Shown one piece after another: positions 50,024 through 62,558 of a stretch of 64,000 nucleotides of DNA. The translations under genes and the position numbers were made by a program. The number at the start of each line of letters is the position of its first letter. Positions within the stretch are counted from its first letter, which is position 1. Below the pieces are notes generated by a model that did no database searches, was not told where the DNA came from, and worked only from the letters and a program-made list of their open reading frames with translations. Location: NCBI RefSeq assembly GCF_006345805.1, contig NC_043015.1, positions 13,268,001-13,332,000 on the forward strand, in the 5' to 3' direction. The stretch is from Octopus sinensis. Its lineage: Eukaryota.

Positions 50024-51258
50024 TAAGGTCGTCAAGTATGAAATTTGTAGAAAAGAAAAACAAGTTTTCTAAATACAAGGAATAGTTTTATTCATCAATG
50101 TATGCATCCATATTGTCAATACCCTTTTGCCATTTCAGCGGTAGCTTGTCCAGCATGGAACTGTAAGAGTCAAAAAATTCTTGGAAGGTCTATTTTACAG
50201 CATCGTCGGAATTAAATTTTTTTCCTATCAAAAAGTTATCCAAATTCTGGAAGAAGTGGTAGTCAGTGGGGCAAGATCAGGTGTGTATGGTGGATGATGG
50301 AGAACTTCCAACTCCTGTAGTTTCGCCAATGTCATTTTTGCGATGTGTGGTCTGGCGTTGTTTTGCAATAAAATAGGAGTGGATCTGTTGACTAATCTAG
50401 GCTGTATTTTTGTTTCTACATCATTTGGTCCAGTTGGTTGCAGTATACTACGGCTGTGATTGATGAACCAGGTTTAATGAAATCATAATGGATCACATCT
50501 GCGCCAGACCACCAAACATATACCATCAGATTCTTTTAATTAACTTTGCTTTTTGGACTGTGGTTTGGTGGGTCGCCTTTGTCCAACCATTGTGCTGAAC
50601 GTTTACGGTTGTTGTATTGGATCCATTTCTCATTACACGTTACAATTCGATTAAAAAGTGATTCATTTTTGTGACGAGAAAGTAGCATAATGCAGGCTTC
50701 CAAACGTTGCTGTTTCTGATTTTCAGTGAGTTCACGTGGAACCCACTTATCCAACTTTTTCAGTTTACAGATTTGAACTAGGTGAGTCAATATTGTTTGC
50801 TTTCTAACACCAAACAGCAACGATATTTCACAGGCACTTTGAGATGGATCTGACTCGACAATGGCTTTCAGTTCGTCATTATCCACCTTTGTTTCTGGTC
50901 GACCGCCTTGCTCATTTATGAGGTCAAAGTTACCAGAACGAAATTTTGCAAACCAACTAGATACTGTCTGCTGTGTAATAACATTAGAAAGAAATACTCC
51001 ATTAACATTTCGAGCTGTCTGTGTGTTTCCAAGAAGGAATTCTTATTTCTAAACTGTACGAATTTCCGACTAATCCATCTCTAAACAAAAACAGCAAAAA
51101 ACGATTTATAAAGCACAAAATGAGTTAGAATAAAGAAATAGATGAGTCAGCTTTCTAAAAAAAAATTAAAGATTGTCAAAATATAATAATGGCGCAAAAT
51201 GAGCAGCTGTCAAAGTTTACCATATACCTTACTATAGATTTCATACTTGACGACCTAA
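50024..51258 (-). mobile_element. Full-length mariner transposon (about 1.24 kb), inactive
   Basis: TIRs t(a/t)aggtcgtcaagtatgaaat with TA duplication at both ends. Confidence 0.93.
50088..51078 (-). pseudogene. Mariner transposase pseudogene
   Basis: MD*SEIRTV*K*EF..WFAKFRSGNFDL..GRP..VDNDELKAIVE..WVPRELT..RIVTCNEKW..LPLKWQK; several stop codons. Confidence 0.93.
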
Positions 51259-51329
51259 TAGTAAGATAAACCAAAATCATTTTTTAAAAATTCGATCCTC
51301 AAATATATCTAAATATTTTTGAGCAATTT

Positions 51330-51752
51330 CAATATTTTCCTTCATTCTGACCGACAAGTCTAGTGTATGATGCCATACAAATTTCTAAACCATGCAATTG
51401 TAAGTACACAATCTCTGCATTATCCATAATTTTCTGTAATAGTTTGGCTTTTTCTATTGGCTTTGGAACTGGTGGGCGCTTAAATAGCGTTTGCACGAAA
51501 GCGCTTAAATAACATCGCAACTATAATAGTTTTGGTATTTTTTAATGTTTGCCACACAACAACATCTTTATTTGTTTCTGAGTCTGCCATAAATTGTATT
51601 TATCCGTTTTGTCTCTTAATATCATTCAACGTTGAAGAATCTATGTTATATTCACGCAATATAGTACTCTAGTTTCCAACTCTTTTCAAACGTATTATTT
51701 CAATTTCCGGATCTTTCTCAATTTGGTTTCTCATATTGACATCGGAGGACAT
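51330..51752 (-). pseudogene. Tigger/pogo (CENP-B/Jerky-like HTH) transposase fragment
   Basis: Frameshifted EYNIDSSTLNDIKR ... EKAK ... AWFRNLYGIIH-like segments. Confidence 0.55.
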
Positions 51753-52090
51753 TTTCATTATTAGATGAACAATATATAACTAGATAAAGGTGGATATAAA
51801 GAACTTAGGTGATAGTTTAATGTGAACTTGACGGAGTGATCGGATGCTAGAGATGGCGTGTAGAAAGAAAGTAATTGGTGAAGTGTGACAAAAAGAGCTA
51901 GACAATCGGGTTTATCGGATTAGTTGATACCAGATTAAGCGAACTTTACTGTATACAACGGTATCTTTATTCTATCTATGCTCGTCTGTATGTTTGCCTA
52001 TGTATGAATGCATATGTATACGTATGCGTATGTATGTGTACATTTGTATATATGCATATCTATGTATTTAAATATATTTATGAAAGACCA

Positions 52091-52142
<52 letters not shown>

Positions 52143-53099
52143 ATATATATATATGTATTTATTATATATATATATATTTTTTTTCTGACATTGAAGAAAA
52201 TGGTAATGTGTAGAATATATGATGCATGGACGCTAGGGAAATATATCTTGCGTATCACAGGTGATGTACAACACAGACAAAGGGTTAAGGGAAGTAGAAG
52301 AGGAATAATTTCAGGGAACTGAGTTAATTTCACGGAAAATTGAATGTTCATGCTTAGGGGAAAACCTAATCTTTGTCAACATATAAAGTGGCAGCTATTT
52401 TACAAGTAAAAAGCATCACATAATAGTAATTTATATAATTACAAAATGTGAGCTAAAGGAAATGACTTAAGTGGGCCAATATCATGAGTTTTGATAATTC
52501 AGAAAGGTGGTGACGTACGGAACGGAATGACATACGATAAAATAATTTTTTCAGTGTAGTGAAATTTCCGTTTTAGTTGAAGAAAGAAAACAAAAAATTA
52601 GAGTAGGTCGTTAACGTCATTCAAATAAAAGACGAATTTCCAGTGAATTTCATAGAAATTTTTTATGTTTAACATTTAATTTAATTTTCTTCTTTATTTT
52701 CTTTTGGCCAGTTGTAATTTGCATTACTACAAAAATTTTGCTATGAGCTACTTATTCTCGGCACCATGGTGAGCAGTATATAGCGATTAGACACTATTCT
52801 TTTACTCTCTCTTATACTCCTCTTAGTATTAAACTGCGGGCAAGCTGGCGCACAGACTTACAAGATTAATCGGTAATATCAATCCCAGTATTCTTTTTAC
52901 GGTCTCATACTTATTTTAAGTATCAGAACCACTTGGTCATGGAGCTTTAAAGGGGTAACAATATATACATATATATTATATATATATATATATATAATAT
53001 ATATATCTATAGTGTTTTTGTCCTGTTAATTATTATTATTATTGTTTTTTGTATTTATATTCGTATTACCTTTTGTTTTTTGTATTTATATTCGTGTGG

Positions 53100-53340
53100 C
53101 ACCGTCCGTTTTTCTGTCCTTGTATCGTATACATTCGATCCTTTTTCCAAGAAATCTAATGCTCGTTAGCTTAGTTTTTCTTTGGAGGCTGGCCGGATCG
53201 GAGCGATCTCAAGATTAATCAGCCGAAATTGCGAGGATGATCCTCTTCTTGACTGAAGATTAGAGGCTTCGAATGACTCGTCCGTTTTTTGTGTCATCTA
53301 TTTGAATGTTTTGCGTTCTTGTCCCATTTTGTATTTTTAT
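53100..53340 (+). mobile_element. Penelope-like terminal-repeat fragment (same family as 7130-7480)
   Basis: cagccgaaattgcgaggatgatcc..cttgactgaagat shared in reverse with 7370-7410. Confidence 0.5.
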
Positions 53341-54134
53341 ATATATTTTTTACACACACACACACACACACCACACACACCACACACACACACACATATA
53401 TATATATATTATATAATATATATATATATATATATATAATATATATATAATAAATAATAGTTTTTAGGCCAGTGTAATTTTAGATTTAGTGAACACTTCC
53501 ATAGTACTCTTACCTTGTGTCACTGAGCAAGAAACATATGCCACCGCATATGTAATGATAAACGTTCACTCATATCGTTGCTATTATGTTAAACTGTCGA
53601 ATGTCCAAATTTGGCCAAATGCACGTTTTGCAATATTTCATTTTACTTGAAATAGCCAGTTCTTTTTGTCAAACTGTCGTATCTCAAGCTGCTTCAGATG
53701 CCAAGATATAAAAATTATCAAAGTGTAGTACAATGGCTTAGCATTTTTCAGAAATGTAGTAAGTCCCACATACGACAGTTTTGCAAAAATATTTCTGACT
53801 GAAAATATCATACATGCATGGAGTTAGGATTTTATGCACCCAACAAAGTATTATTGTTAAGGTGAAACTGCTTCTAACGTAAAAAAAAAAAAAAAAATGG
53901 AAAGGTGAAACTATTTTTTCATTTTCTGAAAAAGCAACGTTTTGGACTTTCGACACTTTTGGACTTTCGACACAAAATAGCGATGATATGATTTTAAACA
54001 TATAATGGCTGAGTCAGTAGAGTGTCAGATAAACTGTTTTGTGATTATGGCATTTAGTTAACTCCCTTTACGATCTGAGTTCAAATTCAGACTTTCATCC
54101 TTCCGACATGAATAAAACAAAAACTAATGATGAT

Positions 54135-54760
54135 TTCAAATTTTTTGCACAAGGCCAGCATTTTCAGGGAAGAAGTTAGGTCAATTTCATCGACTCCAGC
54201 GTTCAACTGGTACTAATTTTATCGACCCCGATTCTGCCAGCTAGTGGCCTTAATAATAATAACAATCCTTTCTACTAAAGCACAAGGACTGAATTTTTGG
54301 GGGTGGGTGGGGGTGATTGCGGGGACTAATCGATTACATTATTTTATCAACTTATCGATTACATTATTTTATCAACTTATCGATTACATTATTTTATCAA
54401 CCCCGAAAGGATGAAAGGCAAAGTCAACCACGGCAGAATTTGAACTCAGAACGAAATGACGGACGAAATGCTGCCAAGCATTTTGTCCGGCTTGCTAACG
54501 ATTCAGGCAGCTCACCGCCTTAATAATAATAACAAGAAGGCGGTGAGCTGGCAGAAACGTTAGCACAGCGGGCGAAATGCTTAGCGGTATTTCGTCTGCC
54601 GTTACGTTCTGAGTTCAATTTCCGCCGAGGTCGACTTTGCCTTTCATCCTTTCGGGGTCGATTGAATAAGTACCAGTTACGCACTGGGTCGGTGTAATCG
54701 ACTTAAACCCTTTGTTTGTCCCCTCTATGTTTAGTTCCCTGTGGGTAATAAAGAAATAAA
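54135..54760. mobile_element. SINE A cluster: two minus copies head-to-tail (54135-54250, 54262-54520), then a young plus copy (54536-54760)
   Basis: Divergent heads ctcaccgcctt-aataataataacaag-aaggcggtgag. Confidence 0.88.
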
Positions 54761-55004
54761 TAATAATAACAACAACAACAACAATAATAATAATAATAAT
54801 TACGGAGATGTACTTGTATAGCGAGTGACTTAATCTGAGATCGTGTGCTGGAACGAAAACAATTGCAGTGTGGAAGATGTTTATAAGCCATCTAAGTAAG
54901 AAACACACAAAAACCGTTAAGTTCAGTTCAAGATTTAAGTTTAATTTGTCAAAATATTTTCATCGCTTTGAGTCCGCGACCTGTTCACTGACAAAACTTC
55001 GTGC

Positions 55005-55006
<2 letters not shown>

Positions 55007-55063
<57 letters not shown>

Positions 55064-55076
55064 GTCATCGTCATCG

Positions 55077-55167
<91 letters not shown>

Positions 55168-55169
55168 CA

Positions 55170-55210
<41 letters not shown>
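55007..55210. repeat. Compound trinucleotide tract (AAT)n-(CAT)n-(TAT)n
   Basis: Direct reading. Confidence 0.95.
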
Positions 55211-55212
<2 letters not shown>

Positions 55213-55400
55213 TTTTCTCTTTATAACAGGTTTTGTTGGAGCTCCTGGAGTGTTGCATGCGTAGCGAGCTTACTACCTGCAGCCTACGGTACCATGTTAT
55301 TCACTCTTTTCAGCTGTCTAATACTTCCTTGGTTATTCTGACCGTGCCAAGGAGGTAAACCTTTTGTGACAGTTCGACTGGGCAATCTATTCCAATTTCC
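55211..55400 (-). pseudogene. Extreme 3' end of an RLE-type (Dong-like) LINE ending in (AAT)n
   Basis: KEIGIDCPVELSQKVYLLGTVRITKEVLDS* (Q.A.LLGT.RI..KVL terminus), about 115-nt UTR, then aataataat. Confidence 0.8.
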
Positions 55401-55409
55401 TTTATATTT

Positions 55410-55803
55410 CTCTTGGTGGCAGTGTGGTAAGTATTTTGTTTCTCTAAAACATGGTTCCGGGTTCAGTCCCATTGCGTAGCATCTTGGGCAAGTTTCTTCT
55501 ACTATAGCCTCGGGCTAACCAAGACCTTATGAGTGAATTTGGTAGACGGAAACTAAAAGAAGCCCGTTGTATAAATATATGTGTATGTGCGTGTGTATCT
55601 TTGTGGCTGTGTTTGTTCCCTACTACCACTTGACAACCGGTGTTGGTGTGTTTACATGCCTGCAATATAGCGGTTCGGCGAAGAAGTCGATAGAATAAGT
55701 ACCAGGCTTTAAAAAACAAGTACTGGTGTCGATTCATTCGAGAAAAATTCTTCAAGGCGGTGCTCCAGCATGGCTACAGTCTAATGAGGGAAACAAGTAA
55801 AAG
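55410..55803 (+). mobile_element. SINE family B copy
   Basis: Full head-to-tail match with 5446-5815. Confidence 0.88.
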
Positions 55804-56536
55804 ATAATGAATTTTTAATTTTCAGGCTGTGATTAGTCAGTTACATATGCCAGTTATTTTCAGGGTCTGCTACTGTACTGAAGCTATTAGTCTAGGTTAC
55901 ATTTGTACATAGAATGACATATCTAACTTTATCTTAGTTTCTGAATATGTATTATTATATCTGAAAACAATTTCTGAATATAGTACTACAAGAACAGAAA
56001 TTAAACATCTTATGTTTAATGTGCTGCTCTCATCTTTTTCGCTCAAAATATACTCCCTTTGTAATCACAGTTATGATTTCCAACATAAGCAGAGGATACA
56101 GATTTGTTGAGTAGATGTATAGTTGATTAGATCAACCACTCTACTGTTACTTTATAGTTCTCTCAGCATTCTTTGGATTCGTATCGTAAAGAAAAAAACC
56201 CATTAAAAAGTTACGTGAATGAATACTACTTTGCGTTTCTCCGAGTCCTTCCATTTTTGCTCCCTTAACGCACATACCTCATGCGTTCAATCATTCATAC
56301 AAGTGCTCAAAGGAACCGTACATATTGAAGACACAAATAAATCGTGATTGCAAAAGTTACTTGCAGCGTAAGGTGTTTTTATTAGTTGGAAGCAGTGATG
56401 GCGAACCAGTGACATGCTTCCTAGCAGAGATACTCTGTAGATTTTCAGGTAACACACATTGGATTTTGAAATAAAAAAAGCTTATGTAGCCTGATGTATT
56501 TACCGACAACTAAAAACATAGGCATGGCTGTTTATA

Positions 56537-57210
56537 GGCGCAGGCAGGATTATGTGGTTAAGAAGCAAGCTTTGCAACACACATGGTTTCGGGTTCAGTC
56601 CTGCAACGTGACACCTCAGACAAGTGTCTTTTACTATAGCTCTGTGCTGACCAGTGACTTGTGAGTGAGTTTCGTAGACGGAAACTGTGTGAAAGCCTTC
56701 ATATATATATGTATATATTTATGTGTGTGTCTGTCTATATAAATGTGTTTGAATGAATCTTTGGATTTGTTACCCCATCGCTTGATAACCGGTGTTGGTT
56801 TACGTACGGCCTCGTAACTTAGCGATTCAGCGAAAGAATCCAATAGATTAAGTACAAGACAAGGCGGCGAGCTGGCAGAAACGTTAGCACACCGGACGAA
56901 ATGCTTAGCGGGATTTCGTCTGCCGTTACGTTGTGAGTTCAAATTCCGCCGAGGTCGACTTTGCCTTTCATCCTTTCGGGGTAGATAAATTAAGTAACAG
57001 TTACGCACGGGATCGATGTAATCGACTTAATCCGTTTGTCTGTCCTTGTTTGTCCCCACTGTGTGTAGCCCTGGTGGGCAATAAAGAAATAAGATTAAAT
57101 ACAAGACTTAAATCTAAAAAAAAAAACCCAAAAAAAACACAAGTACTGAGATCGACTTTTTGACCAAAACCTTTCAAAATGGTGCAGTCCTATGACTGAA
57201 GCAAGTAAAA
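56537..57210 (+). mobile_element. Older SINE B copy interrupted by a SINE A insertion
   Basis: B sequence resumes after 57107 (caagtactgagatcgact...gactgaagcaagtaaaa). Confidence 0.8.
56861..57091 (+). mobile_element. Young SINE A with 16-bp target-site duplication
   Basis: agattaagtacaagac (56845-56860) / agattaaatacaagac (57092-57107). Confidence 0.9.
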
Positions 57211-57649
57211 GGAGGAAAAAAAGCATACAAACTTCATGTAATGACATCCAATAACAGGATTGTTAACGAAGTTTAAAATTCCAGCGCACCAATGTAATAA
57301 TGTCCACACCTCACTAGTTTAAAGCAAATGTAACAAGATTCAGTGATTAGAGAAAACCAAATAAATAAACCTTTATTTAGATCAGTGGTTCTCAACCGGG
57401 GTCCGTCTGACCTCTGGGGTTCATATATAAAGTTTTGGGGTCCACGCTACTAAGATAGTAAATTGGGGACCAACAGTAGTATTTTAATGGTCCGTGAAAA
57501 GTTTTCATTTAAATGTATGTATTGCAATAGACAGATATATTTCTTTCTCCAGCATTTCACATAGTTCAACCTACGTAAATTAATGTTTGAGAAACAAAAT
57601 AGGGATTTTGATAGAAGTATCTATAAAATTAGTTTTTAAACTTTTTAAA

Positions 57650-58499
57650 GTCTAGGGAGAGTCATTATGCCAATATCATTAATACACGCACTGGTTCAAT
57701 TCTACACCTTTATTATAATCAATTGGCTAAATATCCAACTAGCTAATCGATTGTTTGTTTAATTTGGTTAAACAGTAAGTCATTTGTTTCGCTTTTGACC
57801 ATACTTACACACTCAACACACACGCGTACACACAAAGACGTATATGGGCACACATGCATGCACAGCAAGTGCACGTGCTTACACGCAAAACTCATACATG
57901 TAGACTCACTAAAGCACGCACGCATCAAAGAACAGAAGTACGCATACAAACACGCGCAAGCACACACACACAAGCACTCACACATAAATACAGAGAATAC
58001 ATACATACATACACACACACATACATACATACATACATACATACATACATACATACATACATACGCAAGCACACGCGAACACTAGCACGCAACAAGTCTC
58101 AAGCAAACAAACGCGGCCTCCGTAACGGATTAAGCCAAAAGTCATTGAAAAGGTTGGATGTAACAACGAAAGAGCTTTGACAAACAAAACAAATGATTTA
58201 CTGTTTAACCAAATTAAACAAACAATCGATTAGTTAGTTGGATATATATAAGCAAGGGCAATGACCAAATAATATGCATCCAGCAAGTTCAATTTTGTGT
58301 CTTTTATAGTCTTGATGTCGTAATCAAAGGAGATAAGGCATCACAAATGACCTTTTTCAGAGTTCCCGTGAATGGTGCGAAGAAGCGGGGAAGTTATTCT
58401 CAAACTGGCAGAAGCCAGATTATAAACTATTAATAATTAAGGAGTGGAATTGAACCAGTGCGTGTGTTAATAATATTAACATAATGACTCTCTCTAGAC
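57650..58499. mobile_element. Nested element with about 65-bp TIRs (gtctagggagagtcattatg...)
   Basis: 57650-57719 is the reverse complement of 58431-58499 with about 7 mismatches over the first 60 bp. Confidence 0.8.
57734..58242. mobile_element. Innermost MITE with 56-bp TIRs and TA flanks
   Basis: 57731-57789 versus the reverse complement of 58187-58245: 2 mismatches in 59 bp; CA/TACA-rich interior. Confidence 0.85.
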
Positions 58500-59379
58500 A
58501 CCGCAAAACTTGTTTCAACACACGAATTCATATAAAGAATCTTGCAAGCCAGATGCAAAAACGATGATGTTTTTAAACATCAAGTGACTCTGGGGGTCCA
58601 CCATAATAAAATAGTAAGCAAAGGGGTCCATATGTAAAAAGTGGTTGAGAACCACTGGTTTAGAACTAAGTTAATCCTCATCGAGTAGATCTCCGATTAG
58701 TGACATCTTGACCATGACCAACTAATTTTTTTCAGCCAGAATTTAGGACTATATTATATCATTACTTATCTTTTAAAAAAAAAGACGACAGGGTGCAAAA
58801 TGCTGGAGACTTGGCTGTTATTACTAGCAAGCCTAGCACCCATGTAGGGGCTCGTGCAAGTGAATTGAGGATGCAAATGAGGCTAGAACACATTGGCTAA
58901 TGTGTGCATAAACGATGGCTATATTGATTCGGATAAGGAATTTATGGTTCATGCTGAACCCAACAGCGTTTGAGTTGATAATGAATCAAATTACATACCC
59001 TCTCTATCAGTCCACAGTCCCTCCCTCCTCTTCCTCCTTTTTTCTTCTTCTTCTCCTCCCTCTCCTATCATCGTTACGTCATACTCGTTTCATCATTACC
59101 AGCTCCGAGAGTAAACACTTCGCCAATTATGCTTTCTCTGAATTTCAGCCTTCTATAACTCTTCCCCACCCATTTATCTTGCTCCCGTGGATGTTTAACC
59201 CTATAATGCCTAATGCTACAAAATTCTTTATGCTTCAAATACTACAATTCTCTCGGGAAATAAACAGCAAAAATAGAAGATTGGCAGAGCTTTAAAGATT
59301 TTGTTCGTTTGAAAAACATTACAGCAATTTTATATCTTGATAGTTATAACAAAATTATTGATATTTCCAAAAATAATCC

Positions 59380-59511
<132 letters not shown>

Positions 59512-60039
59512 TTGCCTGCCTGCCTGTCTATATTTTACATCAAACACATTTCTAACAATCAAATATGCTGAAAAAAAGACACACACACTTATATGTGAGT
59601 GTGTGTGTGCGTGTGTGTGTGTGTGGTGTGTGTGTGTGTGTGTGTGAGTGTGTGTGTGTATTCATACGCTTACATATACTACATTTTTTTTCATATCAAA
59701 CGCATTATACTTAATGTATGAGGGCAAAGGCCAACAAATATTTTTTCTACATATCGATCCATTCAATGTTATATAGTTAAACTGAACATAAACCACATCA
59801 GCATCACCTTTCCGAGATAGTTTATAATCTGGCTTCTGCCAGTTTGAGAATAACTTCCCCGCTTCTTCCCACCATTCACGGAAACTCTGAAAAAGGTCAT
59901 TTGTGGTGCCTTATCTCCTTTGATTAGGACATCAAGACTATAAAAGACACAAAATTGAACTTGCTGGATGCATATTATTTGGTCATTGCCCTTGCTTATA
60001 AAACCTGAAATTTCAAAATTATTGCTTAAACATGTAATA

Positions 60040-60420
60040 TGCACAAATATAGCTGGCTGGTTAGGAAGCTTACTTTTCAACCATGTGGTTTCGGTTTCAG
60101 TCCCACTTCACGGCATCTTGGGAAAATGTCTTCTACTATAACCCTAAACTAAATAAAGCCTTTGTGAGTGAATTTGGGAGACGGAAACCCGTCAAATATA
60201 TATGTGTGTATGTGTGTGTGTATGTTTGTCCCCACCACACACAGAGCTTGACAACCGATGTTGGTTTGTGCACGTCCCTATAACTTAGTAGGTCGGTAAA
60301 AGAATCTGATAGAATAAGTACCAAGCATATAGAATAAGTACCAGTGGATCCGTTCGACTAAAATCCTGCAAGGTGGTACCCCAGCATGGTTGTTGTCCAA
60401 TCACTGAAAGAAGAAAAAGA
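60040..60420 (+). mobile_element. SINE family B copy
   Basis: Degenerate match to 5446-5815. Confidence 0.8.
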
Positions 60421-60429
60421 TAAGGTAAA

Positions 60430-60600
60430 CGAATCGTAACATCTTTCTCAATAATTCTGCATAAGATGTATACATCCACCGGGCAGCTGATCGCCACAAT
60501 ATTTGTTTTCATATGATAGTGGTTCGGACAGAAATAGTTTACCAATATTCCTTTGCATTGAAAGAAGTGAGTGTACTCTGTCATATATAGCTATGAAGCA
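60430..60600 (-). pseudogene. RLE endonuclease fragment (R4/Dong-like)
   Basis: KEYW and AISCPVDVYI match the EYW and ISCPAD(V/I)N motifs of 27300 and 36116. Confidence 0.6.
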
Positions 60601-60724
60601 TTTTCACTGTTACGTAATATGCATTCGGTGTCCCTTTGAAACAATTGTAGTGTTTGACTACTTCTTCCATTCTTTTCGGACTATATATACATGTGTGTGT
60701 GTATGTATTATGTATGTATGTATG

Positions 60725-61079
<355 letters not shown>

Positions 61080-61140
61080 TATATAATATATATGTGTGTG
61101 TGTGTGTTGTGTGTGTGTGTGTATGTGTGTGTGTGTATGC

Positions 61141-61330
61141 ATGGCCTAGTGGTTAAGATGTTGCACTCATGATGGGTTATGTTCTTGAGCATGACACATC
61201 ATCTCAAGTTCCTCTGTAGATCACTTCGACACCTGACACGTGCACCTGCTCAGGCAAGGTCGATTTAATAGAAGGAGCGAGCCAATGTACAGCACATACA
61301 TTTGATCACTATAAACAAATCATTTGCGCA
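61141..61330 (+). mobile_element. SINE C-related copy, degenerate
   Basis: tggcctagtggttaag head directly after (TG)n; gttcttgagcatgacac. Confidence 0.55.
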
Positions 61331-61419
61331 GCTCGTTTGGCAAAAGCTAAACACTCATACGTCGCGTCGTCTTCGACGGGAGAGTCCGTCATATATATAT
61401 ATAAAAAATAATAATATAA

Positions 61420-61640
61420 ATAATATATATATGTACGTGACCGTGTGTGTATCGTTGGCGATTTTCTTTCCCTGTCTTCCCTTTTTTTTCTATATTTCTG
61501 ATGAAGAGCTCCGCTCGAAATGTGAAATCCTCTTTCTTTTCTTTCCTTTCCTGAGAGTCCAATAACACTGTACTTATTCCACGTCCTCACGTTGTTGTTT
61601 TTTTTCTTGCTTGTTCATGTTTGGATTGACTATATATCTC
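61420..61640 (+). mobile_element. Penelope-like terminal-repeat fragment with hammerhead-like core
   Basis: atttCTGATGAAgagctccgctcGAAAtgtgaaat at 61494-61528. Confidence 0.6.
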
Positions 61641-61946
61641 TTCTTATGATAAAAGGCAGATTTTCTCTGCCTCTGACATAGTTTGTTTTTAATACAATTG
61701 TACAATATAGAATTTCTTCAATTGGAATTTACCTATGATTTTTCGAAGTAGATTCGATTGGGTCATTGCATATAAAGTTTTTTTCAATTTCACCCCAAAT
61801 TAAGCAAAAATTCGAGAAAACTAAATATTTTACGATTTGCCTCTCTAATTTCAACTGCTTCACTCCTTCTATTACCACACTTTCTCCTACTTTCTCTTTG
61901 CAAGTGTACCTTCAACCACTACTCAAAAAAATACCCAGGAAACAGA

Positions 61947-61978
<32 letters not shown>

Positions 61979-62092
61979 GAAGTGAAGGATAAAAATATGG
62001 CAAGAAGTGGACAGATGTACATATATACATACATACATCCATACATACATGTGTGTGTGTGTGTATGTATGTGTATTAATGTGTGTGTGTTA

Positions 62093-62482
62093 TCTCTCTC
62101 TATATAAAGCTGAAGTTGTCTGTGTGCGCCAGGTTTGGTAACCTTCAACTAACACTATCTCTTCCGAGACCCTGCGGCGCAAGTTGACCAAAATTGAGAT
62201 TATGATAGAAGAAGGGTTGCTCTTCCTTACGTAGAAGATAAAATTCAAATCGGACCATGTTAACACCAAAAATTATTTACATCAAAAAGGTGCTTTTTTC
62301 TATGAAAATCCCTATTTTTTACGATTTTTTCACTGCTGTGTCGCCACTTTTCGGTGTATTTCAACCAGAAAAATGTTCACTTGAAGAGAATAACAAGCTA
62401 CATAATGCAAAATTTTTACTTTTCAAAAGTTCCAATTCCAGCGAGTTGAAACAAACCCGAGCAACGCCGGGCGATAATGCTA

Positions 62483-62483
<1 letters not shown>
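62093..62483 (+). mobile_element. Complete non-autonomous Helitron (about 390 bp)
   Basis: A|TC...tatataaagctgaagttgtctgtgtg at the 5' end; cccgagcaacgccggg hairpin plus CTAG|T at the 3' end. Confidence 0.88.

Positions 62484-62558
<75 letters not shown>

Larger units (their letters stand above)
45970..51266 (-). mobile_element. Composite defective Helitron with nested insertions
   Basis: After removing the mariner, the 5' end reads A|TCTTACTATAAAATACGTTGTCTGTATGTGTG; the 3' end is a hairpin plus CTAG|T at 45970; Rep and PIF1 helicase remnants lie between. Confidence 0.75.
57383..58657. mobile_element. hAT (Charlie-like) non-autonomous element
   Basis: 15-bp TIR cagtggttctcaacc / ggttgagaaccactg; subterminal ggggtcc repeats; 8-bp flanks atttagat / gtttagaa (6 of 8 match). 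Confidence 0.88.

Noticed and set aside
45970-51266. Active Helitron or active mariner
   Set aside because: Stops, frameshifts, loss of the HUH segment and most helicase motifs; the mariner ORF has several stop codons.
55230-55354. Apparently clean plus-strand exon (strong acceptor, open frame VLLELLECCMRS..., GTAAAC donor)
   Set aside because: It is the antisense of an RLE LINE ORF terminus and 3' UTR (LLGTVRITKEVLDS*), which explains the sequence better.
58915-59295. 126-aa ORF
   Set aside because: Driven by a CT-rich low-complexity tract; no splice or homology support.
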